In this document: positions 37,004 to 45,711 of the stretch, in pieces
How positions within the stretch are numbered: position 1 is the first letter of the stretch
Layout: each line of letters opens with the position of its first letter
Virus record (IMG/VR): IMGVR_UViG_3300034069_000822
Direction: 5' to 3' (one strand)
Origin: a virus
DNA: 64,000 nucleotides
Program-made: the position numbers and the translations under genes
Notes under the pieces: model-generated
Seen by the model: only the letters and a program-made list of their open reading frames with translations
What the model was told of the DNA's origin: nothing
The model's database searches: none

Positions 37004-37400
37004 ATCAGGAACGGACTGGACCGCTCGCTTCCCACCCCGCCTTGGCGATCAGGGGAGTGGTACATCGGCTTTCGCCTCCCACACTTTCCCAAGCACCTCA
37101 CGGGCCTTAGCCTCGTCCGTCCGCCGTTCCTGATTTGCTTACCCACACTGGCATCCGCTGGCACATGGCTCTTGAGGTCATGGAGCGCTGGCGCGGGCAA
37201 TTCGAATGATACAGCGAGGGCCGGCCTTTCACCGGCTGCCAGGATAGCTCCTGAGCCTCGCTACGAGACGGGCAGGCCCCGCAAGCATCTGCCGGTTCAT
37301 CTCGCATTTCTGCCGACGCCACCGCCCCCATGGTGACCTTAACGCGACCGGGCCATTATCCTGCTACCGGTGCCGGACTGTCGTTGCCGTCATGGACGGC
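37004..37400 (-). ncRNA. Candidate structured non-coding RNA downstream of the tRNA
   Basis: 11-bp closing stem 37004-14/37124-34 with GNRA-capped inner hairpins; three-way junction 37213-62; no convincing CDS. Confidence 0.5.
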
Positions 37401-37406
37401 GATGAA

Positions 37407-37483
37407 TGGCGCACATGTCTGGACTCGAACCAGAAACCTACCGATTAGAAGTCGGTCGCTCTATCCTGTTGAGCTACTTGTGC
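37407..37483 (-). tRNA. tRNA-Arg(UCU), CCA encoded
   Basis: Cloverleaf: D stem GCTC/GAGC, anticodon stem ACCGA-CTTCTAA-TCGGT, T arm TCTGG-TTCGAGT-CCAGA; one A-A mismatch in the acceptor stem. Confidence 0.93.
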
Positions 37484-37650
37484 GCGGTCCCGGTGCGCCC
37501 AACCCTGTCCGCTCTCGCGGAAACTCTATTGCTGCCTTAGTCGGCCTGCCGAAGCAGGTGCGTTGTTCACGAGGCCTTCCTGTCGCGTTCAACCGACTAC
37601 GGCTATCTTCGGCGGCCGTCGCCTACTCGCAAGATACGCTTGCGAACGAT

Positions 37651-38349
37651 CTAAGCCGCCTGCTTCTGGCGCCGCTTGGCGTTGCGCCACTCACGAAGGC
37701 TCATGCCAGTTGATTTGCTGAAGCTTGGGTCATCACGCCATGAGTATACTCGCTTGGCGTCGTATACTGCGCGATCACCTTCGACCGTAGCGAAAATATG
37801 ACTGATTTCTTGGGTATCAGGCAACACCCCTTCCGCATGATTTTTGCAATGCAAATCAGGTTTGCCGTGCATTCCTGCAAAAAGTGATGCAATGGCGCGG
37901 TTTTTTCGCCTGTGACCAGTGATTTCCGCAATCTTCTCGACATCGCGACACCAGCGCGCAAAGCTGATCCTGCTGCGCCGTCCCGGCCTGGTCAAGGTGC
38001 CCGCTTGTGCCCTCGCCCATGCCCACAATGAACGCCTCTGACCTTCGTCGGTAAGAAAGGATCGCATGATGTCCATGCACCGCTCCCAATTCTCAATCTG
38101 CCGTGTCGTCGGTCGTTTGCCCCACTCCGCCAACACGCGGCTGGCGGACTTCGACCAATCACCCAAGGGGTCGTCCCCTGGTAGGAGTTGGTCCCCAAAC
38201 TCACGCCTGCGCCCATTGATATCGCCGAGATCATGCACCCACGGCAATGTGTACCTGCCGAAGTTTTCCCGAAGCCCATTGACCTCGGGCAACTTGGCCT
38301 CGGTCTCCGCAGCGCGGATGAACAGTTCTGCGATATCGCCTTCGGTCAT
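37651..38349 (-). CDS. Putative late-gene regulator (Q-position protein)
   Basis: Last early gene before the non-coding/late region; function inferred from position. Confidence 0.55.
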   Translation of the reverse strand: MTEGDIAELFIRAAETEAKLPEVNGLRENFGRYTLPWVHDLGDINGRRREFGDQLLPGDDPLGDWSKSASRVLAEWGKRPTTRQIENWERCMDIMRSFLTDEGQRRSLWAWARAQAGTLTRPGRRSRISFARWCRDVEKIAEITGHRRKNRAIASLFAGMHGKPDLHCKNHAEGVLPDTQEISHIFATVEGDRAVYDAKRVYSWRDDPSFSKSTGMSLREWRNAKRRQKQAA

Positions 38350-38792
38350 GGCTGGAAGTTCCTGTCATCGAGAAGATCGGGTTGAATGGATCTAGGCCCA
38401 TAGGCGCGCCAGATGCGTTCGTAGATCATGCCGGCCAATGCGGGTCGCAAAGGAACGAAGCCGCGTAAATCATGCGCGATGGCCTGCAATTCAGCCACAG
38501 GGCAAATGTCCCAGACTTCCATCCATTTGGAAGGGTCATGCTCGAAGCGATCCCTGCCGTGCCTGTAGAGGTCGAAGGCCGCACCGATGCACTCCGCTTC
38601 GAGGCTGGCCTTGTTGTTGGCTGTCTCGGTCAAAGTGCGCATGACGACGCGGGCGTCATCCATTCCGCCACGTTCAATGACCTTGCGGATGGCTGCGACG
38701 GCTCGCGTCTCGCCTATGGCTGGATAGCGATGCTTCGGAACGATCGGAACGCCGAATTCATCGCATAAGCTTTGCACGTGCGGATCGATCAT
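38346..38792 (-). CDS. Conserved hypothetical protein, 148 aa
   Basis: ATGA-coupled on both sides; true start MIDPH. Confidence 0.75.
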   Translation of the reverse strand: MIDPHVQSLCDEFGVPIVPKHRYPAIGETRAVAAIRKVIERGGMDDARVVMRTLTETANNKASLEAECIGAAFDLYRHGRDRFEHDPSKWMEVWDICPVAELQAIAHDLRGFVPLRPALAGMIYERIWRAYGPRSIQPDLLDDRNFQP

Positions 38793-39190
38793 TTTTCCTC
38801 CGCCAGGACAGCCTGCAGTTTGGCGATGCTCGCCGGGTCCATATAGAACCCGCTTCCCCAATCGTTCCTTATTTCGATGCCGTGGTGGTGTAGCTTCTTG
38901 CGAATGTGATGGATGATGACATCGACCGATTTAGTCTCGTACTCGTCACCCCATTGCCGGCTGGCAGTCCTGAGCTGCTGGCGGGACTGGGTTCTGCCAT
39001 TGGTCAGACAGGCGAGCATCCGCGCTTGTGTCCGTGTCAGCCCGAGTGCTCTCAATTTGGAGAGCTCGCTATCGCTTTCGGCGGGGAGAAGGGTTTGGAG
39101 AATATCCTCCAACGCATCGATGTGGCCTATGAGGCGGTCACGGCTTGCGGTGTCGAGGTCGATAGGGGGAATACGTGGGTGGATCGTCAT
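38789..39190 (-). CDS. OmpR/PhoB-type winged-helix DNA-binding protein without a receiver domain (CtrA-like)
   Basis: KSVDVIIHHIRKKL...IRNDWGSGFYM. Confidence 0.8.
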   Translation of the reverse strand: MTIHPRIPPIDLDTASRDRLIGHIDALEDILQTLLPAESDSELSKLRALGLTRTQARMLACLTNGRTQSRQQLRTASRQWGDEYETKSVDVIIHHIRKKLHHHGIEIRNDWGSGFYMDPASIAKLQAVLAEEK

Positions 39191-39555
39191 GCCCGTGCCC
39201 TCCGGTTCCTGTATTCGACGGCTACAGTCGATCCGCTGGCATTGCGCGGCGTCATTGGTGCAGAGCCGAACACCTTGGCCTTTTCCGCGGCGGCTTCATC
39301 GGCCTTCTTGCGGCGCCATCGTTCGATTTCATCGAGTTCTGCCTCCGGCTCGACCGTGCAGGCCTGTACAGGCGAGTTGAGACGCTGCCTGACATATTCC
39401 CTGGCCACAGCCATGGCTTGTCCAGCAGTCGCCATTGGCTGATTGCCCGGAACAATATGAAGCTGCTTGCCAGTAAACAATCGATAGGCCGGAACGTAGC
39501 CGCCACCGACCGGCAGATACCAGTATTCTGGAAGGAAATCGGGTGCGTTGGGCAT
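39187..39555 (-). CDS. Hypothetical protein, 122 aa
   Basis: In-operon ORF with coupled start and stop. Confidence 0.7.
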   Translation of the reverse strand: MPNAPDFLPEYWYLPVGGGYVPAYRLFTGKQLHIVPGNQPMATAGQAMAVAREYVRQRLNSPVQACTVEPEAELDEIERWRRKKADEAAAEKAKVFGSAPMTPRNASGSTVAVEYRNRRARA

Positions 39556-41048
39556 CAGAACAGCCTCATAGGATCAGAGGAAACGGGCGTGTCGAATCTT
39601 TCGGGAAACCCGTTCTCGCCAATTTCGAAGAATGAAGTGGTGCCGCCGTCCCATCCAACGGTAACGTTTGCGGGCCATGGCAACTCACGCGACAGGGCAA
39701 GAACGAACTGTGCCCGGCCGCGCCATTCGGCGACCTTGCATTCCCATACTCCGTAGAGTTCAGAGCCAGGCGTAGGCTCGTTTTCCATCAGGAAAACCTC
39801 GGGCCGGAACGGCATGATGACGTGATCGGCATCCCGTTCGACTGCCCCTATGAGGTCGGAATACCGAGGCTTGCGGCGGATAATGTCGTTAAGGAACTTC
39901 TCGTTGAGCGGCCCTTTGTTTTCCGCGAAGGTGTTTTTCTTCAACTGGACGCAGACGACAATCGGGCAATCGAGATCGCGTGCCGTCGCCTTCAGTTCGC
40001 GGGTGACTTCCTCGCCAAACTCCCAGTTGCTCATTTTGGCCGTGGCCCTATCCCGATCGAGCAACCCGGCATGATCCAGGATCAACAGGGACTTGCCGCG
40101 TTTGCGCACGATGCGTCTCCAGCGATCCTTCAACTGCGGCAGTGTCAGACGGCGATTTTGAATGAGGATCGGTGTGTCTTTAAGTGCTTGGTGGACTTCC
40201 ACCATCTGCGCGAACTGCGCCTCGGTGAGTTCGCCGCGCTTTTGCCTGCGGACCGGAACACCGATGCGCCGCGATATTTCGCGCATGGCCAATTCCTGGG
40301 CCGTCATCTCGCCGGAATAGAAATCGACTGGGTATCCTTCCAGCGCCGCGCCGATTGACATCTGACCGACCAATCCGCTCTTGCCCTGCTTGGTCGCGCC
40401 GCCAATGATGATCAACTGCCCACCGAACAACGGCCCGATTAGGCGCTCAAGCGGCCCAACTCGATACCCGATACCGGCCGCCCGTTTGCCGTCCTTCATG
40501 AAGGCGGCGTTTGCCATGTCGATGGCGGACGTGATGGCATCGCCCATGCTGATCGCACCAAGCGTTTCCGCATCTGTCTCACAAGCAGCAGATATTTCGT
40601 CGATTGCCATGTCGCCGAGCGATTGCGGGTCCGCTTCCGCAGGGGCGTCAAATGCGGCTTCACGCAGGTGGTCTGCAGCCACGATCAGCCGTCGGCGTCG
40701 GGACATGTCTTCGATAGCGCGCGCATAGTCCACAGCATTGATGACGGTCACCGCCTCAGCTGCCAGCCGAGCTAGATATTGCGCCACCGTCATGCCGCCA
40801 ACTTTTTCATCAGCAGGCAGGAACGACTTCACCGTGACCGGGTTCGCAGTCTTTCCCAATTTGATCAATTCGATGCAGGTGTCATAGATTCTGCGGTGTA
40901 GAGGTTCGAAAAAATGGGATGGGCGCAGAAACTCCAACGATCCCACGAGATCATTGTTGGCAAACAGCGCACCCAACAGAGCCTGTTCGGCCTCGATGTT
41001 GTTCGGGGATTCACGAGGAAGGGCGAAATCGTAGCTGTGAGCGTTCAC
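39555..41048 (-). CDS. DnaB-like replicative helicase
   Basis: EAEQALLGAL, FF...H..IY, GATKQGKS Walker A, FYSGEM, ILDHAGL, DL.GA.E.DAD. Confidence 0.92.
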   Translation of the reverse strand: MNAHSYDFALPRESPNNIEAEQALLGALFANNDLVGSLEFLRPSHFFEPLHRRIYDTCIELIKLGKTANPVTVKSFLPADEKVGGMTVAQYLARLAAEAVTVINAVDYARAIEDMSRRRRLIVAADHLREAAFDAPAEADPQSLGDMAIDEISAACETDAETLGAISMGDAITSAIDMANAAFMKDGKRAAGIGYRVGPLERLIGPLFGGQLIIIGGATKQGKSGLVGQMSIGAALEGYPVDFYSGEMTAQELAMREISRRIGVPVRRQKRGELTEAQFAQMVEVHQALKDTPILIQNRRLTLPQLKDRWRRIVRKRGKSLLILDHAGLLDRDRATAKMSNWEFGEEVTRELKATARDLDCPIVVCVQLKKNTFAENKGPLNEKFLNDIIRRKPRYSDLIGAVERDADHVIMPFRPEVFLMENEPTPGSELYGVWECKVAEWRGRAQFVLALSRELPWPANVTVGWDGGTTSFFEIGENGFPERFDTPVSSDPMRLF

Positions 41049-42262
41049 TCTGCCACCTCCATCATCCGAACAAGGCGAGCTGCGCCGGCGGAGCCTCTGC
41101 CGGCAAGGCGAGCTGCGAGAGTGCGGATCGCATACGCTGCTTGAAGCGGGACAACTCCGTTGCCGAGCATGCGAAGTCGATCCACACGCCCAACGTCCAA
41201 CCGGGAGGCCAGCCCATCAGCCACTCGACGAACAGCGGGTTCAAGCTCCGGCGCTCTTTCAAGGGTACGTCGCCAACTGGAGAGGTCGCTTGGCCCGGGA
41301 GGAAAGAGGCCAACCGCATCGTCTCGTTGTATGAGCGCGAGTTCCCCGGCTGATGGCTGTCTCCGAAACTCAACGATGTCGGCGTCGGCCATTGCACCGT
41401 CTGCGCTGGTAACGGCACCCCGCCCGCTCCAAAGGCTTGGTTCGGCCCGCCCTTCTCCCCGTCCGATGCCCGCGGTGTCGACCAAAGCTGTTCCGTCGCA
41501 TAGTCCAGCCGGTCGCCTCGCATCTGGCCGTCCTTGCGCTCCAGCGTTGGGCCGCTGCCCTTCCAGTCGTTCGCAGTAGGCGTCGGCCAGGCCGACGCCT
41601 GAAACGCCTTCGCCTGCAATGTGAGTGTCCCTGTCTCCCCGGGTCGATCCGCTGGCGCCATGCGCATTCGCCGCACCTGCCAACTCTCTGGCGATTCGTC
41701 GTTCTCGTTCGCCCGCGGCGTTATCCACGCCGAGGATGAAGAGGCGTTCGCGCTCGTGGCTCGCGCCGACCTCTGCCGCCGTGAACAATCCTCCCTCAAC
41801 GTCGAAACCCAATCGCTGTAGGTCACGCCTGACCCGTAGCGCGCCCGCATCGAGGCCGGGCTTCGCCGAGAGCATTCCCGAGACATTTTCGATGAGGACA
41901 AACCAAACGCCCGATTGGACGATGATGCGGCGGGCTGTTGACCAGAGGTCGCGTTCGTCGTCGGAGCCTTCGCGCTTTCCGGCAAGGCTATGAGGCTGGC
42001 ACGGGATGCCGCCAATGAGGCCGTCCACGCATCCACGCCAGCGTCTGCCGTCGAAGGATCGGGCATCGCTCCACACAGGAGCCGGATGAAGGAGACCTTG
42101 TTCCATCGCTGAAACCAGGTGCGCGACGGCGAAGGCTTCCCTCTCGACCATGCAGACTGAGCGAGCGCCTGGAATTGCCAGCTCGACGCCGAGATCAAGT
42201 CCGGCTCCGCCTGTGCAGATGGAGAGGATGTCGAGGTGATGGGGACGAACAGCCACATTCAC
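41045..42262 (-). CDS. C5-cytosine DNA methyltransferase (motifs I, IV, VI, VIII, X)
   Basis: SICTGGAGLD, GGIPCQPHS, ENV, HERERLF, RLRMLGNGV. Confidence 0.9.
   Translation of the reverse strand: MNVAVRPHHLDILSICTGGAGLDLGVELAIPGARSVCMVEREAFAVAHLVSAMEQGLLHPAPVWSDARSFDGRRWRGCVDGLIGGIPCQPHSLAGKREGSDDERDLWSTARRIIVQSGVWFVLIENVSGMLSAKPGLDAGALRVRRDLQRLGFDVEGGLFTAAEVGASHERERLFILGVDNAAGERERRIARELAGAANAHGASGSTRGDRDTHIAGEGVSGVGLADAYCERLEGQRPNAGAQGRPDARRPAGLCDGTALVDTAGIGRGEGRAEPSLWSGRGAVTSADGAMADADIVEFRRQPSAGELALIQRDDAVGLFPPGPSDLSSWRRTLERAPELEPAVRRVADGLASRLDVGRVDRLRMLGNGVVPLQAAYAIRTLAARLAGRGSAGAARLVRMMEVAE
41062..42258 (-). CDS. Overlapping alternate-frame ORF (398 aa) carrying WPTP repeats and a motif IX-like segment
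   Basis: WITP, WPTP, WSTP, WPTP repeats; RSLNPLFVEWLMGWPPGW; ATG directly after the upstream stop codon. Confidence 0.6.
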   Translation of the reverse strand: MWLFVPITSTSSPSAQAEPDLISASSWQFQALAQSAWSRGKPSPSRTWFQRWNKVSFIRLLCGAMPDPSTADAGVDAWTASLAASRASLIALPESAKAPTTNATSGQQPAASSSNRAFGLSSSKMSRECSRRSPASMRARYGSGVTYSDWVSTLREDCSRRQRSARATSANASSSSAWITPRANENDESPESWQVRRMRMAPADRPGETGTLTLQAKAFQASAWPTPTANDWKGSGPTLERKDGQMRGDRLDYATEQLWSTPRASDGEKGGPNQAFGAGGVPLPAQTVQWPTPTSLSFGDSHQPGNSRSYNETMRLASFLPGQATSPVGDVPLKERRSLNPLFVEWLMGWPPGWTLGVWIDFACSATELSRFKQRMRSALSQLALPAEAPPAQLALFG

Positions 42263-42933
42263 GCTGCCACCTGCAGATCGAGTTTCTTTTGAGCACGCTT
42301 GGCCGATGCCTTGGCCTTCTTCTCGGCCCGCTTTTGCTCCAAAGCTTCTGGCCCGTCGTGGACAAGCCAGTACATCATGCCGAGCGCGTCAGCCTCGTTA
42401 TCGTTTTTCGGCTTGAGGTTGCGGCCAGGCGCATGACATTCGGCCAAGACCCGATCTTTCAGCCACTTGCGCCGGGCAGCATAGCGATCGTTATCTTCAA
42501 GCCCGGCCCCCACTTCCTTGGGCGCCTTGGTCGTGTGGATGAATGACGATCGCCACGTATCGGGCGGGCAAATGATCGGATAGGGACGGCCTTTGCCTGA
42601 GCACCACAATTCCAGGGCAATTCGCCACATCGCAGCCATAAGCCGCCCGGCTTCGCTCCGCTGTGAACCGTAAGATTCCCCCTCAAGCGCGATCTCGATT
42701 TCGTCGTCAGCGATATCGTGTTTGCGAAGCAGATCATTGAGGCATCGGATGAAGTGCCGGCCGTAGCTGGCGCGGTCTTTGTAGCGCGTGCCGTCGGTAT
42801 CCTTGGTCAAATCCCATGTGCCATAGGAAAGACGCTGACCTGGCGTGCGCTGCTGGTCTGCCGGCAAATGGCTATCGTCCAGCATCAAGGCCCAACCGAA
42901 TTGCGTCGAAGGATCGAGGGTGAGCTTGTGCAT
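42259..42933 (-). CDS. RuvC-like Holliday junction resolvase, 224 aa
   Basis: LDPSTQFGWA, IALEG, NEADALG acidic catalytic pattern. Confidence 0.75.
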   Translation of the reverse strand: MHKLTLDPSTQFGWALMLDDSHLPADQQRTPGQRLSYGTWDLTKDTDGTRYKDRASYGRHFIRCLNDLLRKHDIADDEIEIALEGESYGSQRSEAGRLMAAMWRIALELWCSGKGRPYPIICPPDTWRSSFIHTTKAPKEVGAGLEDNDRYAARRKWLKDRVLAECHAPGRNLKPKNDNEADALGMMYWLVHDGPEALEQKRAEKKAKASAKRAQKKLDLQVAA

Positions 42934-43205
42934 CAGGCGGCCTCCTCTCGCGACAAGCCGCCGAGCCGCAAGTCGGCTTCCGTCGGCTCTTCGATATGGT
43001 CGATGAAACAGCGGCCCCACATGCATGATGTATCGAAAATGGCGCGCTGATCATCTGTCCGGCCTTGGAGCAACATCACGCCTGTAAAGCAGTCTTTCGA
43101 CTCGGACTCGTCTGCCCAAACCTCAATACGCGAGCCGCTGTCCATGACCGCTATCATGCCGGTAGGCGGATAGAAGAGCGGGCCAGCCCATTGGACTTGC
43201 GTCAT
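42933..43205 (-). CDS. Hypothetical protein, 90 aa
   Basis: Coupled start and stop. Confidence 0.65.
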   Translation of the reverse strand: MTQVQWAGPLFYPPTGMIAVMDSGSRIEVWADESESKDCFTGVMLLQGRTDDQRAIFDTSCMWGRCFIDHIEEPTEADLRLGGLSREEAA

Positions 43206-44569
43206 GCTGCCCTCCTGATCTTCAGCATTCCGGTAGGTACGTTCGTGCCAGCCTCAGCGAAACTGCCTACGGGCAAGTCACGCCATTCGCCTTCGAGCTC
43301 GCCGTGGTCGTAGTGGGCGGTTGCCGGGAGGATCGAAACGAGCTGCCCGCCTGGCTTCAGGAACTCGAGTGCATGGCGGACGTGCTTGAGATAATGGCGA
43401 CCGCTGAAGGGCGGGTTCATCACGACCATGTCGTAGACCGGGCTGGCCGGGCATTCGAGGAAGTTAGCCGTTAGGACGTTGTGTCCCTTGGAACGTGCCT
43501 CGGCGGCGCGGACGGCGTGATATTCGACACCAAACGCCCGATGGCCGCGAACGCGGATCGCGTCCATGATCAGGCCATCACCACAGGATGGTTCCAGGAC
43601 GCGAGAAGGCTCGGGAGGATTGTTCCGCCACTCCCGTAAATTGGATAGGCCGGCAAATTCCAAAGCCCGTTCGATCACATCGGCCGGCGACCAATAGAAT
43701 TGCAGGTCTTTCGAGACGGCTGTGCCAGTGCGCGGCTTGGCGTCGTCTTCTTCGGCGTCCGGCAAAACCTCGCCGTAGAATTCGGCGAGCGCACGGTTGA
43801 TGTCGAGCAAGGTATTGGGTGCGAAGAAAACGTGGGCGTTGCCGTTGGCGAAGGTGCGAACCGTCATGCCGCGATCGAGCGTTTTGGCGACCGTCACCTT
43901 GCCGTAGCGGTCGGTTTCTGAAGCCTCTCGTCCATCAAGTATCCCATCGGCTCCGGCGCTGTGCATGATGGCAAGGGCGTTGAACTCTTCCCGTTCCATC
44001 AACGGCTGCCCGCGATAGGCCGCGAGCGCGTTCACGATGTCGCGGAACTTGTTCTTTCCATAAGTGTCGGAATAGCTGCCCCAAGAACCGATGATGACCC
44101 GCTTAGGCAGCCCCTTGACACCGATCTTGACCTTGGAGTGCGACTTATAGGCCGGGTCGAGGTCAGCAAAGGTTTCGGCGAGACCGCGAAGAATGTGCGC
44201 GCGCGGGTTCTCAAGATATGGGCCGAACGTCGCCTTGGCGTTGTCGAAGGTCAGTTCCGGCGGGTCGGCCAACGTGCGTTCAAAAAGCTTCTTGTCTTTG
44301 GCGCTGGCGATCCGGTCGATATTCAGGCGGCCGTAGATCGCCTTCCATCCCGAAGACAACAGGTTCTTGCGCATCTCGGAGGCATGCACATGGGCGCGAC
44401 CGCGCAGCACCGGGTTGACGTAGGTGCCCATGATCGTGCCCGCCATTTCCACGGCAGTGCACGCGTCGTTGTACGCTTTGATAGCCTCGTCGACATTGGC
44501 AGCCTTGCGGTTGTATTCGGCGATGATGTCGAGGACAGTGCTTTGCCGGGTGAGAGTGTGCGAGGTCAT
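43202..44569 (-). CDS. DUF4942-domain amino-methyltransferase (probably N6-adenine), 455 aa
   Basis: VLEPSCGDG, MNPPF; N-terminal region with DLQFYWSP; true start MTSH. Confidence 0.85.
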   Translation of the reverse strand: MTSHTLTRQSTVLDIIAEYNRKAANVDEAIKAYNDACTAVEMAGTIMGTYVNPVLRGRAHVHASEMRKNLLSSGWKAIYGRLNIDRIASAKDKKLFERTLADPPELTFDNAKATFGPYLENPRAHILRGLAETFADLDPAYKSHSKVKIGVKGLPKRVIIGSWGSYSDTYGKNKFRDIVNALAAYRGQPLMEREEFNALAIMHSAGADGILDGREASETDRYGKVTVAKTLDRGMTVRTFANGNAHVFFAPNTLLDINRALAEFYGEVLPDAEEDDAKPRTGTAVSKDLQFYWSPADVIERALEFAGLSNLREWRNNPPEPSRVLEPSCGDGLIMDAIRVRGHRAFGVEYHAVRAAEARSKGHNVLTANFLECPASPVYDMVVMNPPFSGRHYLKHVRHALEFLKPGGQLVSILPATAHYDHGELEGEWRDLPVGSFAEAGTNVPTGMLKIRRAA

Positions 44570-45708
44570 GCGGCCTCCCCGCCGAAGAGCGGCCCGTATT
44601 CGACTGTCTTTGGCTTCTGCGGCACACGCCATTCGGTTTCGATCCGACGGCGGGCCATCTCGGCATATTCTGGGTTGAGTTCGATCAATGTAGCGTGCCG
44701 ACCGTGGCGAAGGGCAACCAGGGCCGTTGTGCCAGCGCCGCCGAATGGGTCGAGTACCAAGCCGCCTTTCGGGCACCCGGCGAGGATGCAGCGCTCGGCT
44801 AGTTCCGGCGGGAATGTCGCGAAGTGAGCGTCAGAGAACGGCTGCGTCGCCATTGGCCACACGGTGAGCGGTGCCGGCTCGTAGTTGCGGAGATTGCGTC
44901 CTTCAATCGCCACTTCAAGATATTCAGGGTCTCCGCGTCCCTCGCGATGGATTGATCCATGCCCTCCTTCGCCTGTGTCCCACCCAGCCGGCACTTTGAC
45001 CTTGCGAGACTGGCGAACCGGCATTGTGGCGGCCATGTTCGCCTTCTTTACTTTGCCGCTACCATCATCCTCGACGTCGTTGCGGACCGTGCCGTAGGTC
45101 GTCAGGGTCTTAGGCCGTAGTCCAAAGCGAACGGCCTCTGCGTCGTACCAATAGCGGGCTGACTTGGAGAGCAGGAAGATTTTCTCGTGTGAAGTTCCAG
45201 GGCGATCTTTCGCACTGTCCGGCATGGGGTTGGTCTTGCCCCAAACGATCTCTGATCGAACCCACCATCCAGCTTCCTGCAGCGCAATGGCGAGGCGGTT
45301 CGGCATCATGCAAAGGTCTTTGGCCTTCAGCACACCGCCGATGGTCGAAAATGGCTTGTCGCGGAATGTGCGATCATCGTTGCCGGTCGCTTTCGTGTCG
45401 GCCGCAGAGCGACCGTTGGGCGTGGTAGCGTAGCAGTCGCCGTAGTTGATCCAGCAGGTGCCGGTCGGCTTCAGAACCCGCTTCACCGCTTCGAACACGC
45501 GGACCATAACGTCGAGGTGTTCTCCGAGCGTCGGCTCGAGTCCGATCTGACCGTCCACGCCGTAATCGCGGAGCCCGTAGTAAGGAGGACTGCAAACCAC
45601 ACAATCCACGCTGTCGGCCTCAATGGCTTCGAGAGCGGCGAAGCAATCTGCCGTCCAGAGCGTCACCCGCCCGTCCAAGAATTGCTGATAGTCGGGATGG
45701 ATGGACAC
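44566..45708 (-). CDS. Beta-class N4-C/N6-A DNA methyltransferase
   Basis: SPPY before HFATFP...LDPFGGAGTT. Confidence 0.92.
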   Translation of the reverse strand: MSIHPDYQQFLDGRVTLWTADCFAALEAIEADSVDCVVCSPPYYGLRDYGVDGQIGLEPTLGEHLDVMVRVFEAVKRVLKPTGTCWINYGDCYATTPNGRSAADTKATGNDDRTFRDKPFSTIGGVLKAKDLCMMPNRLAIALQEAGWWVRSEIVWGKTNPMPDSAKDRPGTSHEKIFLLSKSARYWYDAEAVRFGLRPKTLTTYGTVRNDVEDDGSGKVKKANMAATMPVRQSRKVKVPAGWDTGEGGHGSIHREGRGDPEYLEVAIEGRNLRNYEPAPLTVWPMATQPFSDAHFATFPPELAERCILAGCPKGGLVLDPFGGAGTTALVALRHGRHATLIELNPEYAEMARRRIETEWRVPQKPKTVEYGPLFGGEAA

Positions 45709-45711
45709 GCC

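Noticed and set aside
37050-37110. c-di-GMP-I (GEMM) riboswitch call from GTGGGAGGCGAAAGCC
   Set aside because: Only a partial resemblance; I could not place the GGCAAAC element or P2 helix; left for an Rfam search
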